Shown: positions 1-13,783 of the stretch, one piece after another | How the letters are laid out: each line of letters begins with the position of its first letter | Position numbering within the stretch: position 1 is the stretch's first letter | Origin: Camelus ferus | Lineage: Eukaryota | Assembly: GCF_009834535.1 (NCBI RefSeq) | Contig: NC_045697.1 | Location: 56,918,001 to 56,982,000 of the forward strand | DNA length: 64,000 nt | Reading direction: 5' to 3' | The notes under the pieces: model-generated | Seen by the model: the letters and a program-made list of their open reading frames with translations, nothing else | Told to the model about the DNA's origin: nothing | Database searches by the model: none | Program-made: the position numbers and the translations under genes

Positions 1-680
1 TTATAAGAGTGGAGTTTATAGCAATAAATGTGTACACTAAGGAGAAAAAAAGATTTATAATAAACAACCTAAATTTACACCTCAGAGAACTAGAAAAAGA
101 AGAATCTAAGTCCAAAGTTAGTAGAATGAAGAAAATAATAAAGCTGAGCAGAGACAAATGAAATAGAGACTAGAAAGGCAATAGAAAAAAATCAATAGAG
201 TTTGTTTTTTTAAAAGGATAAACATAATTGACAAGATTTTAGCCAGGCTAAGAGAAAAAAAAAATGAGCGAACACTGAAATAAATAAAATAAGAAATGAA
301 AGAGGAGATATTACAACTGATACAGTTTTAGTGCAAAGAATCTTAAGATACTACTATGAACAACTATACACAAATTAACCTAGAAGAATGAAATTCCTAG
401 AAACATAACCAATAGAAAATCTGAACAGACAAGTAAAGAGATTTAAGAAGCACTAAAAATTTTCCAACAAAGAAAAGTCCAGCTTCACTGGTGAATTCTG
501 CCAAACTTAAAAATAAATAGTTAATGTCAGTCTTTATTAAACTGTTCCAAAGAATTGATTAGGAAGGAACATTCCCCAGCTTATTTTACAAGGCCAGCAT
601 TACCCTGATATCAAAGCCAAATAAGGATAGTACAAGAAAAGAAAACTACAGGCCTAATGAATATAGTTGCAAACAAAATC
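1..680 (+). mobile_element. Degenerate LINE-1 ORF2 fragment
   Basis: A-rich L1 ORF2 motifs such as gactactatgaacaactata, cttcactggtgaattctgccaaac and aggccagcattaccctgata. Confidence 0.88.
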
Positions 681-719
681 TTAAACTGATTGTATCAAGA
701 AAGGAAAAGCATGTCATCA

Positions 720-1310
720 AATAAATCTATGAAAACATGCTTGACCTCATGAATAATCTGGAAAATGGAAATTAAGATCACAGTGAAAAAAAGTTTTACA
801 CATATTGATTTGGAAAAAATGAAGTATATGACAATATCAAATGCAGAAAAAAATTTATACACTCCTACTGCAAATTTTATACACTTCTACTGCACATTTA
901 AATTTATGCAGCAATATTAGAAAACAGTTTTTATTTTCGAGTACAATTGAACATGTCTTCATTTATGGCACAGCCATTATACTTCTGGGTGTACAACATA
1001 GCAAAATATTTTCATGTGTGTTCTAGGAGTCATGTACATATATTTTTGTTGCAGAATTGTTTGTAAAGGGAAAAAAATGCAACAAAACCTGACAAACTTA
1101 TAGTAAAATATTGTGTCCAATCACAGTTAAATAAATGTTACTATATGACAAAAAATGGAATGGTATCTGACCATGTCAAGTATAATAACTGGTGACCATT
1201 TTCTTCTTTTGAAATCATGTTCACTGCATGCATGAATATATCTAAATCTCAAAAACAGAATGTTTGGGAGAACATGCAATCATAGAAGAATAAGCACTGC
1301 TTATATAAGT
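720..1310 (+). mobile_element. Old LINE-1 (L1ME-like) 3' fragment
   Basis: Diverged ORF2-end/3'UTR motifs (ggaaaatggaaattaagatcacagtga, cagccattatacttctgggtgta). Confidence 0.5.
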
Positions 1311-2656
1311 ATCAAAAAGTGGTTCCCAAAATCCTTCACAATACTTTAGTTTTTAGAAATAAATAATCTAAAATTAAGGGAAAGGTTTAACTTAAGGAGA
1401 GACCAAGATACTTTTCTGAAGAGGCACAAAGAGAACTTTAAATATTATTTTTTAATGCTATGTCAAGATGTTTGAGTTTTTGTTTTATTAATAAACCTTA
1501 AAGCTATGTTATCTGCAGTATATTGTACAGTACATTTCAGAAATAAAATGATTGAAATTCACATGTACAATCACATGTTTAAATATGTATAGTTCCCTTT
1601 ATGTAGACACACTACTCAATTACAGCTATATAAACATGAACAAAGATTGGAGCTTGTTAGGGTTAAATCTCTAACCTACATTTCCCATCATAGGGAAACC
1701 TCCATTTTGCTTATATATATTTTCACTTCACTTCTGATTTTCTACTGAACAAAGTTTTGGGTTTTTTACCAGACAGCCATTAAAATTCAGCCATTAAAAT
1801 TTCCTCAGAAGACTTGGGATCTAACTCAGTGTGTTCTCTTTCTAATTTTGTCAATTTGCTTAATGATCCTGTTTTGCCGTATCCAATTCTATTTCATGAA
1901 GATAAACCTATTAGGCATGATTGTTTTGAGGAGGAACTAAGATTATTGGAAAGTACAGTAATGGCATTACAAAAGTGTGGTAATTTATTTGCTGTTTGTT
2001 TTCCAGAATAAGCTCAACCCAGCAACATGTGTACAGACCTACATGCTTTTCTGGAGTATGTCTTTAAATTTCATTAACATAATCTGAAGCAAGAACATAG
2101 TTAGTTATTCTTTGTCCTAGTATAATAAAAGCAAGCATTATCTCGTATCATATGACTTAGTCATTTGCTAAAATAATGATGACATCATCAAAATAAAGCA
2201 GTGTGCTAGGAGTTTTTCCATACAATGAAGCTTTCAAAGTCCAACATGGGCTGCCACAGTTTAAGATTACAACTAATGATAGCACCAGAGAACTTATTAA
2301 AAATGTCAATTCATTTGTTTCATGTTGGCATTGGTTCTTCAATTAATATATGTAATTATTAAGTAGAAAATCAAACAAAATTATATTTCAGTTTTTAAAA
2401 AATATATTCAATTAAATATACAACCAAATATGATTAAACTATACTTTAAAATGAGCTTAGTTTATTCTTAATCAAATTTGAACTAGAAGAGCAAGATCCT
2501 ATGACTTTGAAGTGTCTTTCATGAAATCTCTTCAGACACAGAGTTTATAAATTTATTAAAAACAGTATAAAAGGATTTTAATTGCTCTAATAATCTGAAG
2601 AGCATATTTTAAAAATTAGCCAGACTCTATGAAGTTGAAATGAAAACTGGTAAAGA

Positions 2657-2678
2657 ATATATATATATATATATATAT
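2657..2678. repeat. (AT)n microsatellite
   Basis: Uninterrupted AT run. Confidence 0.9.
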
Positions 2679-3543
2679 TTATGAGTCTCTGCAGCATGCA
2701 TGTGTGAGAAATACGTCGTTACTGATATAAAACTTTAACATTTTATGTTACATAATACCAGAATAGACCATAAAACCATTATAGGCTGAGCATATAAGGG
2801 CAAGCAACTTTCTCTTTTTTCTTGTTCTTCTAACACCTTTACCTCACTCCTCTCTCTCAACTGTTGAATTTTCTTCACATATTAATAAGAAAATATAAGC
2901 AGTGGTAAGAGAAGTTCCACATCTGTCAATAAACTTGCCTCTGTGCCCATATGTTTCTACTTCTTTGCACTCAATCCTAAGACTGACCCTTCCTCTACCT
3001 AGGGTCAGACCCTCTAATTGTACATAAACTCCCATTTCCTTTTGCTGGTTAAGAACATTGTTCTAGCAATTACCTCTTCGTTTTCTTTATCATCATATTT
3101 TGATTCTTTTTATGATATCATTAATATCAGCTTACAAATGTCATAATATCATTTACATTTAAAAAGTAAACTCTTTACCCCATATTTCCTTCCATCTAGC
3201 TACCCTTTATTTCTGTCTTCCTCTCTCTACAGGAGCTTTTACAAATTTGATCTGGATATTCATTTCCTTTCCTCTTCTTACAAATCAAATTTTCAATTTT
3301 TAGCCTTCAGTTTTCAAACCAGTCTACAGTATTTAAGCTAGAAAGTCACAATCTCTAAAAACATTTCAATGTTTGGCCTTGGAGAAACCATCTTCCCTGG
3401 TTCCCTGTTTTATAATTTGCACAATCTCCCGAGGATTTTTTTAGAATTTTTCCAGAATCCCTAAGTGCTGCTGCTCTTCCCCTATGTTAGTCCCCAAATT
3501 CTTGCTTTCTCCTTCATTCAATGGTAATATGCTGGGGTGGTAG

Positions 3544-3980
3544 TGTTGCTTCAAAAACTCCTGGGATCTTTCTGGATATGACCTGAAACCAGCCCCTTTA
3601 TGCAGAGGGTAGGAGAAACCTAAGAAAAAGGTAGGCTGCTCCAGATTGGTAGGTGGCACTTTTAATAAGCAAGGAAATTTACTCACTAAGCTTGTATTGG
3701 GCGGTCACAAGACAAGTAGATTTCTTCATCTGCCCAACAGAACCTTAAATGTTTATATAGCGGGCTTAACTATGTTCAGTCACAGTCACATACTTAGTCC
3801 AGATAGCTTCTAGACCACATTTCTATTTCAACGCTACATGGTTGGTGCAACTTCGAGGAGCAGGGAAAGCAAGCTGAACACACATTCCAAAGACAGGGGA
3901 GGAAGTGGTAACCTCTAATTACCCAGGTCCAGCTTGAAGGTCAATTGGTGGTCATGTCTTTTTGATGGCCTCTTCCAACT
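3544..3980 (-). mobile_element. Solo ERV-type LTR
   Basis: TGTTG...CCAAC termini with near-TSD ggtag/ggtac. Minus-strand TATATAAA (~3755) is followed by ATTAAA (~3665). GC content is above the flanks. Confidence 0.65.
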
Positions 3981-5269
3981 GGTACAGATATATCAATGAG
4001 TAAAATAAACAAGCAGCCTGCCTTCTGGCATGGACAAGCTATTGGGTAGAAAGACCTGTAATATACAGCAAATTATATAGTGTAGTAGAAAGTGGTAAAC
4101 ATTAAGGAGAAAAATAAACCAGTGCTAAGAAAAGTTTAACAATTTAAACTAGAGGTGACATGGAAGACCCTGAACGGTAGATGTTCTTTAAACAAAGGCA
4201 TGAAGAAAGTGGAATAGTGAACAATGGATTCTCAGGAAGCCATATAACTTTAAATGTAGCCTATGCATGGGAAAAAAGTCTCAAATTTACAGCTCCATTC
4301 TGGTCTGACCTTAAACATCATGTTCCCATATCCAATTACCCACTAAAGCTCACATGGATAAATAACCTAAAAGGAGTCTCAAGGATGATATGTCTAACAA
4401 CAAAACAATTTTAAAAAATCCTAATTTTTCTCTAACAAACATTTTCCCTGTAGTCATTTTTATTTTGGTATATGGTAATTCTTCTAGTTTTTCTGGTCAA
4501 AATTCATGAATCAACCTCACCCTTCTCCTTTCCCACAACCCATAGCCAGTCCATATGCAAATGCTGTTCACTTCACTGTTTAAAATACGTATGTTTCTGA
4601 TGTATGATATTTCTTAATTCGTCTGCTGTCCATTCTACCAGGAGACAGACATGGCAGAGTTTGCATATGACTATTCTTGACTGGATCTTGCTAATATAAT
4701 CAGAGGACTATTCTGGTTTCACATACAATCTAACCCAATATGGATATTTACTGTACTTATTAACATTAAAACTATGTTTTACCCAATGTTTTTATACTGT
4801 CTTAAGCATAATTTTTATATTGTCATTTATTTGTTCATTCATTAAATTTTATTGAGCACCTGCCATGCTACACACTAGGTCTTGTGCTATATTCTTTCAA
4901 AAACAGATTGAGGTGAATCCTGAGATTTAAAGGAAATACAATTCCTTTATAAAATCTGCATAATAATATATCCTATTAAAAGAGAAAATAAAATACTTTC
5001 AGTATGGTATAGTTTAATTTCCTTATATATTAAACTTAAGGACCTCGTGATGGCCTACTTCAGTTCTTAAGAAAATTGTGTAACTCTAGGTATCACCATG
5101 GCCCAAGTAAATTTCAGAATGGCTAGGATATAGGAATGGCAGGAAAATTGACTCAAAGGAAAAACTGAGAGTGAATGAAAGTCAGAGAAGCATAGGCCTA
5201 CATGTCTGTCAAGGGACATTATGTTTGTTATTTTATTAAGGGCAAGCTCCCCAAATTGCTCTAAGTCAT

Positions 5270-5308
5270 CACACAGAGACACAGACACACACAGACACAC
5301 ACATACAC
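5270..5308. repeat. (CA)/(GA) compound microsatellite
   Basis: cacacagagacacagacacacacagacacacacatacac. Confidence 0.8.
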
Positions 5309-8300
5309 TTGTGAGCACAAATAAACTCATACGTAGATGATATGGTGTGTTTGCCACTGAAAAATGTGTCTATCATTTTGCAATCACAATTATATTTCGA
5401 TACTATATACATATATCTGTGCTGAATGATTTTAACTAGGTAATAATAAATAATAGATCCCTACATATATATTTATTCCTGGATGTGAATGTGTGTGGCC
5501 ATAATATGTGATATTAGAAAGTGATTAAGAACTTAGACTGGTTTGTGATGAATTATGCCACTTTTTGACTCATCATTTTGGTTGAGTTACTTCAACTTTT
5601 TGTGCCTCAGTTTCTGCATCGATAATGAAAACCATCTGATATAGTTACACAGTTGTGAGGTGGATGAGCGCTGAGTTCATTACCAGAACTATAATAAGCC
5701 TCACATGATCACTGACTGTTATTCTGTCAACACCAAATACTTCACTGTAGACATAACTTGTGTTGTTTTCTAGATAAACTTTGCAAATCTTAAGGCATAA
5801 AATGTATAAAAATGAAAACATGAAAATCCCAAATAATCATAAGACAAGATGGTATTTCAAATACTTACAGTCAATCTCTCTGCTTCAAGGTGAAAATGTA
5901 CCTCAAACATCTCAGGGCATATAACTTAAATTATTTGAAATGTGCATTAAAAAGCTAAATAAAAATAATGCTACTGATTTTTAAATTATGAGGATGAAGA
6001 GTTAATACTCTCACCCTGTTATGTCTCATTCTTCTCTCTGATGGTTTTAAAACTTCCTTAAAAATCTGAGAAACCAAAGAAATGTACTAGCCTCAATCCT
6101 CCAACCCCAGTGAAAAAATAAGCTGAAGGTAATAAAAAAAATGAAAATACTGAATTCTTATTTCTCAGATGGAAACTTAGCATTTTGTTTCACTGTGATT
6201 TCCTCACAGCTTACCCAAGTAGAGATAAAACTGCATAGGAAGTGTGAGTTTGTTTCTAAATATATAGATCCCAAGTATAGGGAATTTTTTTTCAAGTTTT
6301 TCTTTCAATACGGAGAAAGGAACTTTATAGTCCACACCATTCATGGCAAGAAATCCCTGAAAGAAAGAGGAGAAATTGGCATGGCCTCGGCTTCTAAAAT
6401 AAAGACCAGCATTTGTTAACACACATGGAACAAATGCAGTCGTGTGGCAGACTCTAGGAAGGGCAGGCCTGCTTATCTGGAAACTCTCCAGGGATGATTC
6501 AGGGAATACGAGGGAGGACATAGCCAACTGCCCTAATAAAAACCTAGTGTGCAACCAAGGGAAAATGAAGCAGGCAAAGCTGAGTTAGAGAGACTGAGAT
6601 TGAATGGTTTCTGGCGAGTTTGTAATTTGTATAAATGGTTCAAAGAAAACATTTTGGTAAATATTCAACTCAGAATTAAAAAAAAATAAGAAGACCTCTA
6701 AAATAAACAAGCACATGGGCTGCTAAAGTGAGTTCTGCCACCTCCTTTTTGCTTTTTTTCTTCTATAGATATTTTAATTTTGCATAAAACTTGAACCTTA
6801 TACATGCAAGATGCGAATATGTTTTCCTCAGTTAAAAATGATTAAATCTCAGTCCAACTGATGTGCTTTTCAGGAAGCCATTTAATTTCACCATAGTTTT
6901 AGTGAAGTACAGAGACTTCCATTCCAGTCTGATTAATTAATTAATAATAATGTCATAGGATTTCACAGTTCATTTTTACAAATATTACTTTGCGCAATAA
7001 CTTTGTGAGAGAAAGACTATAATGCAGATATTACTTCTACTTCTTTGTTTTTATGGCTGATTTTTAAATAGGAAACAAACTTTCAAATATTCCTTGGAAA
7101 TTGTATTTAGGAAGGCTCATTAAATATCATGTTGAGAACGTGTTCATTTCATGAATGATACGGCTAATATTAAGAGAAGTTACCCAGTTTATCCAGTATC
7201 ACACAGCACACATTGGCAGAGTTAGACCAGGAACTTATATCTCTGAATTTAATTCCAGAATTACCCCCCTATGTTTCCGGTACAGTCTTTTTAAATAGAG
7301 CAACTATCATTTATCTATAATCTGACTGATTTATTTATCATTATTTTTTATTGATAATTGTTTTAGATCAATTATCCCAGTCTGTTGGTAAAAAACGTAA
7401 AACTGAAACTTTGTCCCTGTAAGAACACATATTTTTCTCTCCTAATCCTTTCCTCTATTACAAGGAACTTATTTCATGTATCCATAATAAATATTCAATT
7501 ATTATATATAACTCTCTAATTATTTTGTTTTAATTGAAATGTTAACATCAGTGGTTTTAACCACTTGGTAGTTTCAGGATTTTCAGAAGCTTGTGTAACC
7601 AATCAGGATATCAAATGTTCTTCTGGAAAAACTCATATCCTCTGGAGACTCAGAAAATAATTTATTTTCATATTACTCAGGTCCTTTCTATCTGCTTTTA
7701 GCCTGCTGATTCAGACACCATTTCATAGTTCACTGGTATTACTAAAATTGAGAAAATTGGAAAAAATAAGACTGTATACACTTTATAGGGGAAGAGAATA
7801 ATAAATATACTTGCAGATATTTTAAGGGGTCAGTTGAACTAGATTAGAACTGGGCATCAATGTGGTTACTATGAGTAAATTTAATTTTCCAGTGAACTAG
7901 TACTATAACCATTTTGATTTAGAAAAGTAAAGGAGAGGAATAATCTGAATGCTTGAGTAGGGTGATGGGGTAAAGAAAAGCATATATATGATTTTTGGGG
8001 AGGCATAAATATGATTTTGGAGACCAAAACTGAGAAATTACATTGCTTATATATATTGAATACCCTCCAGTTTTCAGAAACTTCCCTATTACTTTATATA
8101 CATTATATTATATTTCATAAAAGTCTTGTAAAATTCATAAAGTTAGCAAAATGTAAGAGATAATGGAAAGCTTGACATCACATAACTATTAAATTATAAC
8201 GAGAAACTTCTTGAACCGATACTACTTCCCCTGAACAATGTTATTTCCTAGACACATAATACTTGCTTATATATTGGCTTAGGTACAAGAATAGTGTACT

Positions 8301-9089
8301 TTGATGTTTATTTTAATATTCTGATCACACCTTAATTTCCTAAACTCTGATTCTTTGTATCTAATATATATTTTCTTATGAACTTTGACCAAAAAATATC
8401 CAGGACAAATAGTTTGTATTTGGCTTCCTATTTCTTTTTCTTTCACCTGCCTAATTTCAGGTTTAGTGTCTTCCAGGATTTACTCAGATGACATTTAATA
8501 CAGACTAAAAACATAGTTTTTATCATGAGGTCCTTTCTATCATCAAAGGTGCTCTTAAATGCCAGTGATTACCTTATTGTGATATCATTGATGAGTATCT
8601 CAACTTAGAGAGGAAAATTTATTCACATGATTATTTATGCATTTAACAAACAATAGTGAGTACTTACTATATGCCAGGAATAACACTATGCCTTGAAGGT
8701 AGATCAATGGACAAAATTAGATCCGATCTTTTCCTCATGAATCTTACATTCTGGTGGGTGACACAGTCACTGGTTAAATGTCACAAATATGTATGGATAA
8801 TTACAATTTCCATCAGTTGCTTAAAGTACTGGCAAAAAAATGTAAATACAGACTATTGAACTACTCTCTAGAAAAATGGACAAGAACAATTTATCCAATG
8901 ATAGGCATGATGTCCTTTACTTTTGCACCTTTGCCATTGACTCAGCACAAAGGTGTATCAATTCTGGAAATTCCCAATATTAAATCTTATGAGAATAGTC
9001 ATTGTTAACATGAAGATATTCAAATGTGCGAGAATATAATTTAGAAAATCCACAGTGTAATTTTGGAAACACATGGAGTATCTATGATA

Positions 9090-10630
9090 ACAGCTGAACT
9101 AAGAAGCAGAAGACCCAGAATATCCCTCACAATATTGAAGAACAAAGTCAGATGAGTGACACTATCAGATATCAAGACTTATTTTGAAGCGACCATAATA
9201 AGGACCACATGATGTTGGCAAAACAATAGACAGATCAATAGAAGAGAATAAATAGCCTAGAAATAGAACCCCACAAATACAATCAAGCAATTATAGTCAG
9301 GTCAACGGAGAAAGGATTAGTCTTTTAAACAAATGGTACTGGAATAGGTAGACATCCACATGCAATAGGAAAACTTATTCACATACCTTGTATCTTTCAC
9401 ATAAATTAATTCACAATGGATCAAAGACATAAATGTAAAACCATATAATTTTAAGAAGATAACACACCAGTAGCACAATCCGTGAATGAAAAAAAATAAG
9501 CTGGACTTCATTAAAATTAAAAACTTTCGCTCTGCAAAAGATACTCTTGAGAGAATTAGAAGACAAGCCAGACAGGAAGAAAGTATTTGGAAAAAACATA
9601 TCTGATAAAGGACTTATATCCAAAATATAAAAAGAATTCTTAAGACTCAACATAGAGGAAAAAAAAGTAATTACAAAACATGTAAGAGATCTAAACAGAC
9701 ACCTCACCAAAGATATAAAGAAAAGATGTTCTACATCATTTTTCATTAGAGAATTGCTTATTTAAACAATGAGATACCACATCACACTTAGTAGAATGGC
9801 CAAATTCCAGAACACTGGCAACACCAAACATTGTTGAGGATGTAGAACAACAGGAACTCTCATTCATTGCTGGTGGGAATACAAATGGTACAACCACTTT
9901 GGAAGGCAGTCTGATAATTTCTTACAAAGCTAAACATAGGCTTTCCATTTTATCAAGCAATCACACTCCTAGTTTTTTTACGCAAACAAATTGGAAATTA
10001 TATCTGCCCACAAATGTTCATAGCAGACATCAAGATTCAAGATGTCTTTCAATAAATGAATGAATAAACTGTGGTACATCCATATAGTGGGGTATTATCA
10101 GTGATTTTTTTTTTAAACGCTTGCAAGCTATGAAAAAGCATGGAGGAAATTTAAATGCATATTGCTAAATGAAAGAATCCAGTCTTAGAAAACACCACAT
10201 ACTGTATGAATCCAATTAATGATATTCTGGAAAAGGCAAAATTATTAAGACAATAAAAAGATCAGCAGTTGCCAGGAATTCAGGAGGAGTGCAGGGAGGG
10301 AGGATAGGTGAAGCACAGGACAGTCTCAGGTCAGTGAAACTATTCTGTATGATAGCATCATGGTAAATACATGAATTTATCCAATTGTCAAAACTCATAG
10401 AACTATAAAACACAAAGACTAAATCCTAAAGTAAAGTATGGACTTTAATTCATAAATATATATCAACATTAATTCATCAATTGTAACAAATGTTTCACAC
10501 TAATGCAAGATATTAATGTTGAGAGAAATTGTGTATTTGGTGAGAAGAAAGTCCATACATGGGAATTCTGCACTTCCAAACAATCAATTGTGTAAACTAA
10601 AACTGCTCTAAAAATGTCGATTAATTATGT
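9090..10630 (+). mobile_element. LINE-1 (L1MC-like) ORF2 3' end plus 3'UTR
   Basis: Motifs ctggacttcattaaaattaaaaact, tctgataaaggacttatatcc, aacaggaactctcattcattgctggtgggaa, and terminal aaaactgctctaaaaat. Confidence 0.9.
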
Positions 10631-11159
10631 AAAATGATCTAATAAGAAGTAGCACTTTAAATGGAAAATAAATTTAAATGATATGCTTTCTGTCAAAAAA
10701 AAATGAGGGTAAAGAACAATGCATATTCTTACCATCCCCTTTACATTTTATTATAAATAAATGCAATTAGAATAAAGATTCCTACTTGACACTGCATCAT
10801 TTTATAATAGTTCTCTATTTTAAATATATTTTAAGTTACAATCTAGTTTAAAGTGGTTTCCCAGGTCTAGTATTACACAAGTAGTAATTCAGGGTGTTAT
10901 TTTATTATGATCTGTTTAGCATCTTATAAGAACACCTTGGCAAACAAAAAACATTTTATTCTTAAACTACTTCCAAAATACAAAGTGAAATAATAAATAA
11001 CATAATATTTGAAATAATTTTTATTCTTTTCCAAAATATTTAACTTAGGTGATAGGCACAGATGAAAATCTGCAATTTTCTCCTTTTGAATAGTGCCATT
11101 TACCCATTTTTTTTTCCTTCTTCATTCCTTTTCGTTGTGGGTGTGTGCTTACTTTATAC

Positions 11160-12000
11160 TTTTTGTTTTGGAATAAAATTACAAAAACATTGAAAGAAAG
11201 TACAGAAGTTTTCTTGTATGTTTTTTTTACCCAGTTTCCCCTAATTTAAAAATCTTTCGTATTTATCAAAATTCAGAAATTAACCTTGGCATAATACTAC
11301 TAATTAAACTATAGATGTTATTCATATTTCATCAACTTCCATGAATTTATTTTTTCTTCCAGAAAACACTCAGAATACCACATTGCATTTTCTAGTCATG
11401 TCTTTATATAGTCTCTTTTGATCTGTCACATTATCTCAATTTTTCGTCATTTTTCATATTCTTGACAGTTTTGAAGAGTATCAGGTATTTTTGCAGAATG
11501 TCCCTCAATTTGGTCTGTCTGTTGTTTTCTCCTGGTTAGACGGAGGAAATGAACTTTTAGAAGTAAACTGCAGAGGTGAATTGTCCTCATCTCAAGATAC
11601 CAGTTGGTACATGATATCAACATGACTCTTCCCAGTGATATTAGACTCAGCCTCTAGGTCAAAATGCTGTCTGCCTGCCAGTTTTCTCCACTAAAAAGTT
11701 TCTATTTTCCCTTTCCACTCATTCCTTTTCGTAAGTGTGTTACTTAAGTAAAACCCATACTCAGGGAGAGAATATCTGTATATACTATTTGGGACTCTTA
11801 TGTAAGAAAATGTCGTATCTTGTCCACATTCATTTATTTATTATTTGTTCAATTATTTATTTACAACAGTATGGATTCATGGGTATGCATATTCTTTAAG
11901 TTAGAATGTCTTGTCATTCAGTATTTATTTTCTTATTTGAATAACTCCAGCGTTGGTGATGGGAGCTCTTTCAGTTCGGCACACGTGTCCTTCCATCATT
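11160..12000 (-). mobile_element. LINE-1 (L1MC4/5-like) 3'UTR fragment
   Basis: Antisense 3'UTR motifs (cccagtttcccctaat, gcagaatgtccctcaatttgg, cagtatggattcatggg). Confidence 0.7.
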
Positions 12001-13459
12001 CTTTTTTTTTTTTTTAAATATAAACTATCTCTGAAGATAAATGGGTTGTGCAGTAATGTTATTTTAATACAACGAAATAGTTCACCTCTGCAAGCAATTA
12101 GCATTCTGCCTACACCTTCATGATACATTTATTGATTATTTATTAATTGATTACTTATTTAATACATGCTTATTGGGCACTGCATTCCATACACTGTTCT
12201 GGGCACTGTGGATAGATTAGATGATGAAATCGGAGATATAACAAAATGCTGATGATGCAGAGTTGTGTAGACTTTTCAGAGAATTCTGGCTTTTCTATTA
12301 CATAAAATAGGAATGCCGAGCAGATTATTGTATTACCAGTTCTAGTATAGAGCCTGATGACTTCAGCTGCTGTGTTAAAAAAAAGACTACAGATTGGCGA
12401 GTGTTGACACAGAAAGACCAGTTTGGAAAAGCAATACAGGTGAGATTAACACTTTAAAGGTAGCTCTGGGTATGGCTGTCAAGATTGGCTTCTCGATTTC
12501 TGAGGGATTAAATCTGAGGTGTGGGAGAAAGGGAGATGTTAAGGATGATGCCAAGTTTAAAGTTCTGAACAACTGGGGTGATAAAACTGACAACATGTGT
12601 AGGTGTGTGTGCAAATATATATACACATATTTCCCTGTCTTTTATTTTCTTAAATATTAAATACTGACTGTCATAGTGGTCTATATATGAAAATGATAAC
12701 CTAACAACGTGTAAGTGAATCTTCAGTGCATTAGGTGTAGTGCAATTAAAAATAAATATTACATTATCTTATTTAATTATAAAAGTAAAGATTAACTCAG
12801 GTAGATATATAGATTTCTCCCTCTATAATTTTAGCCATTTTCTTTTCATGTTTTCATTGAAGATAACATCCCAGAATATTCTCCTACAATATCCCTTTGA
12901 GTCAGAGACGACATAGTTTGGATGTTTTCTGGTTGTTTCTTCACCAGTTATACACGTCTCAAAGTACTTGAAGTCTTTTCCACAAACCCCTCTTCCCAGG
13001 TTGTTTATAATTTTTCATTGTTCATTCTGAGATTATTTGAATTCACCATAATTTAGTTTTGTGAAAAGTGTGATGTTTAGTCCTGATTTTGTATATAAAT
13101 TTAATGATTCCCAATGATATAATGTGTATAGAAATGTTAAAATAAGACTTACTTCCTTTTTCTTAAATTATAAAATATCTCTCTATATATTCCAGTCTCA
13201 TAGATGATTTGCCATTTTTCTATTCCCTGTTTAGCATGAAGAATTCATCCATTTTGTATCAGATGTTTATGTATGTATTAAAAACATGGCACAAATCTTG
13301 ATATCATAGGCAGCATTTACAAAAAAAAGTATGTTATGTAATAATGTACTAAGTGTTATTAAATTTAACTATAAGATAGCACTATGCTAATTTTAAATAT
13401 GTCTAAATGTGAGTTGTGAATAATAATATATGTGTTTGAAGATTAGTGCCTCCAGAATT

Positions 13460-13783
13460 CAGAGATAATGAAAACTGTTGTCTATTCTTTTCTTGCTTTG
13501 GAATTTCAGATATTAGTGGCCATATTAAAAAGCAGAGATAAAAGAAGAAAGCGAGAAATAATTTGAATGCTGGTAAAGTAATCTACATTGCAGCAATCCA
13601 CAATACTGCGTTATATATAGAAATAGATCAGTCATTGTTTTCAAGCCTGCTAAATAAAACTGAACTCTTGGAATGGCATGCCACTTGACCTTTCTGGGTT
13701 TCACCAGCAGTATTTAACTGGTTCGAAGGGAACACACTTGCAAGTGTTTCCTGTTGACATGACAGATTCTGGTAGTTCACACA
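13460..13783 (+). promoter_or_regulatory. TECRL: Putative TECRL proximal promoter/5'UTR, non-CpG-island, with cardiac-type motifs
   Basis: AGATAA at 13463 and 13536, MEF2-consensus TTATATATAG at 13611-13620, TATA-like TAAATAAAA at 13651, NKX2-5-type CCACTTGA at 13681, TGACCTTT at 13686. The TSS cannot be fixed from sequence. Confidence 0.55.

Noticed and set aside
1774..1801. 14-bp tandem duplication cagccattaaaatt x2
   Set aside because: Ordinary slippage duplication with no sign of function.
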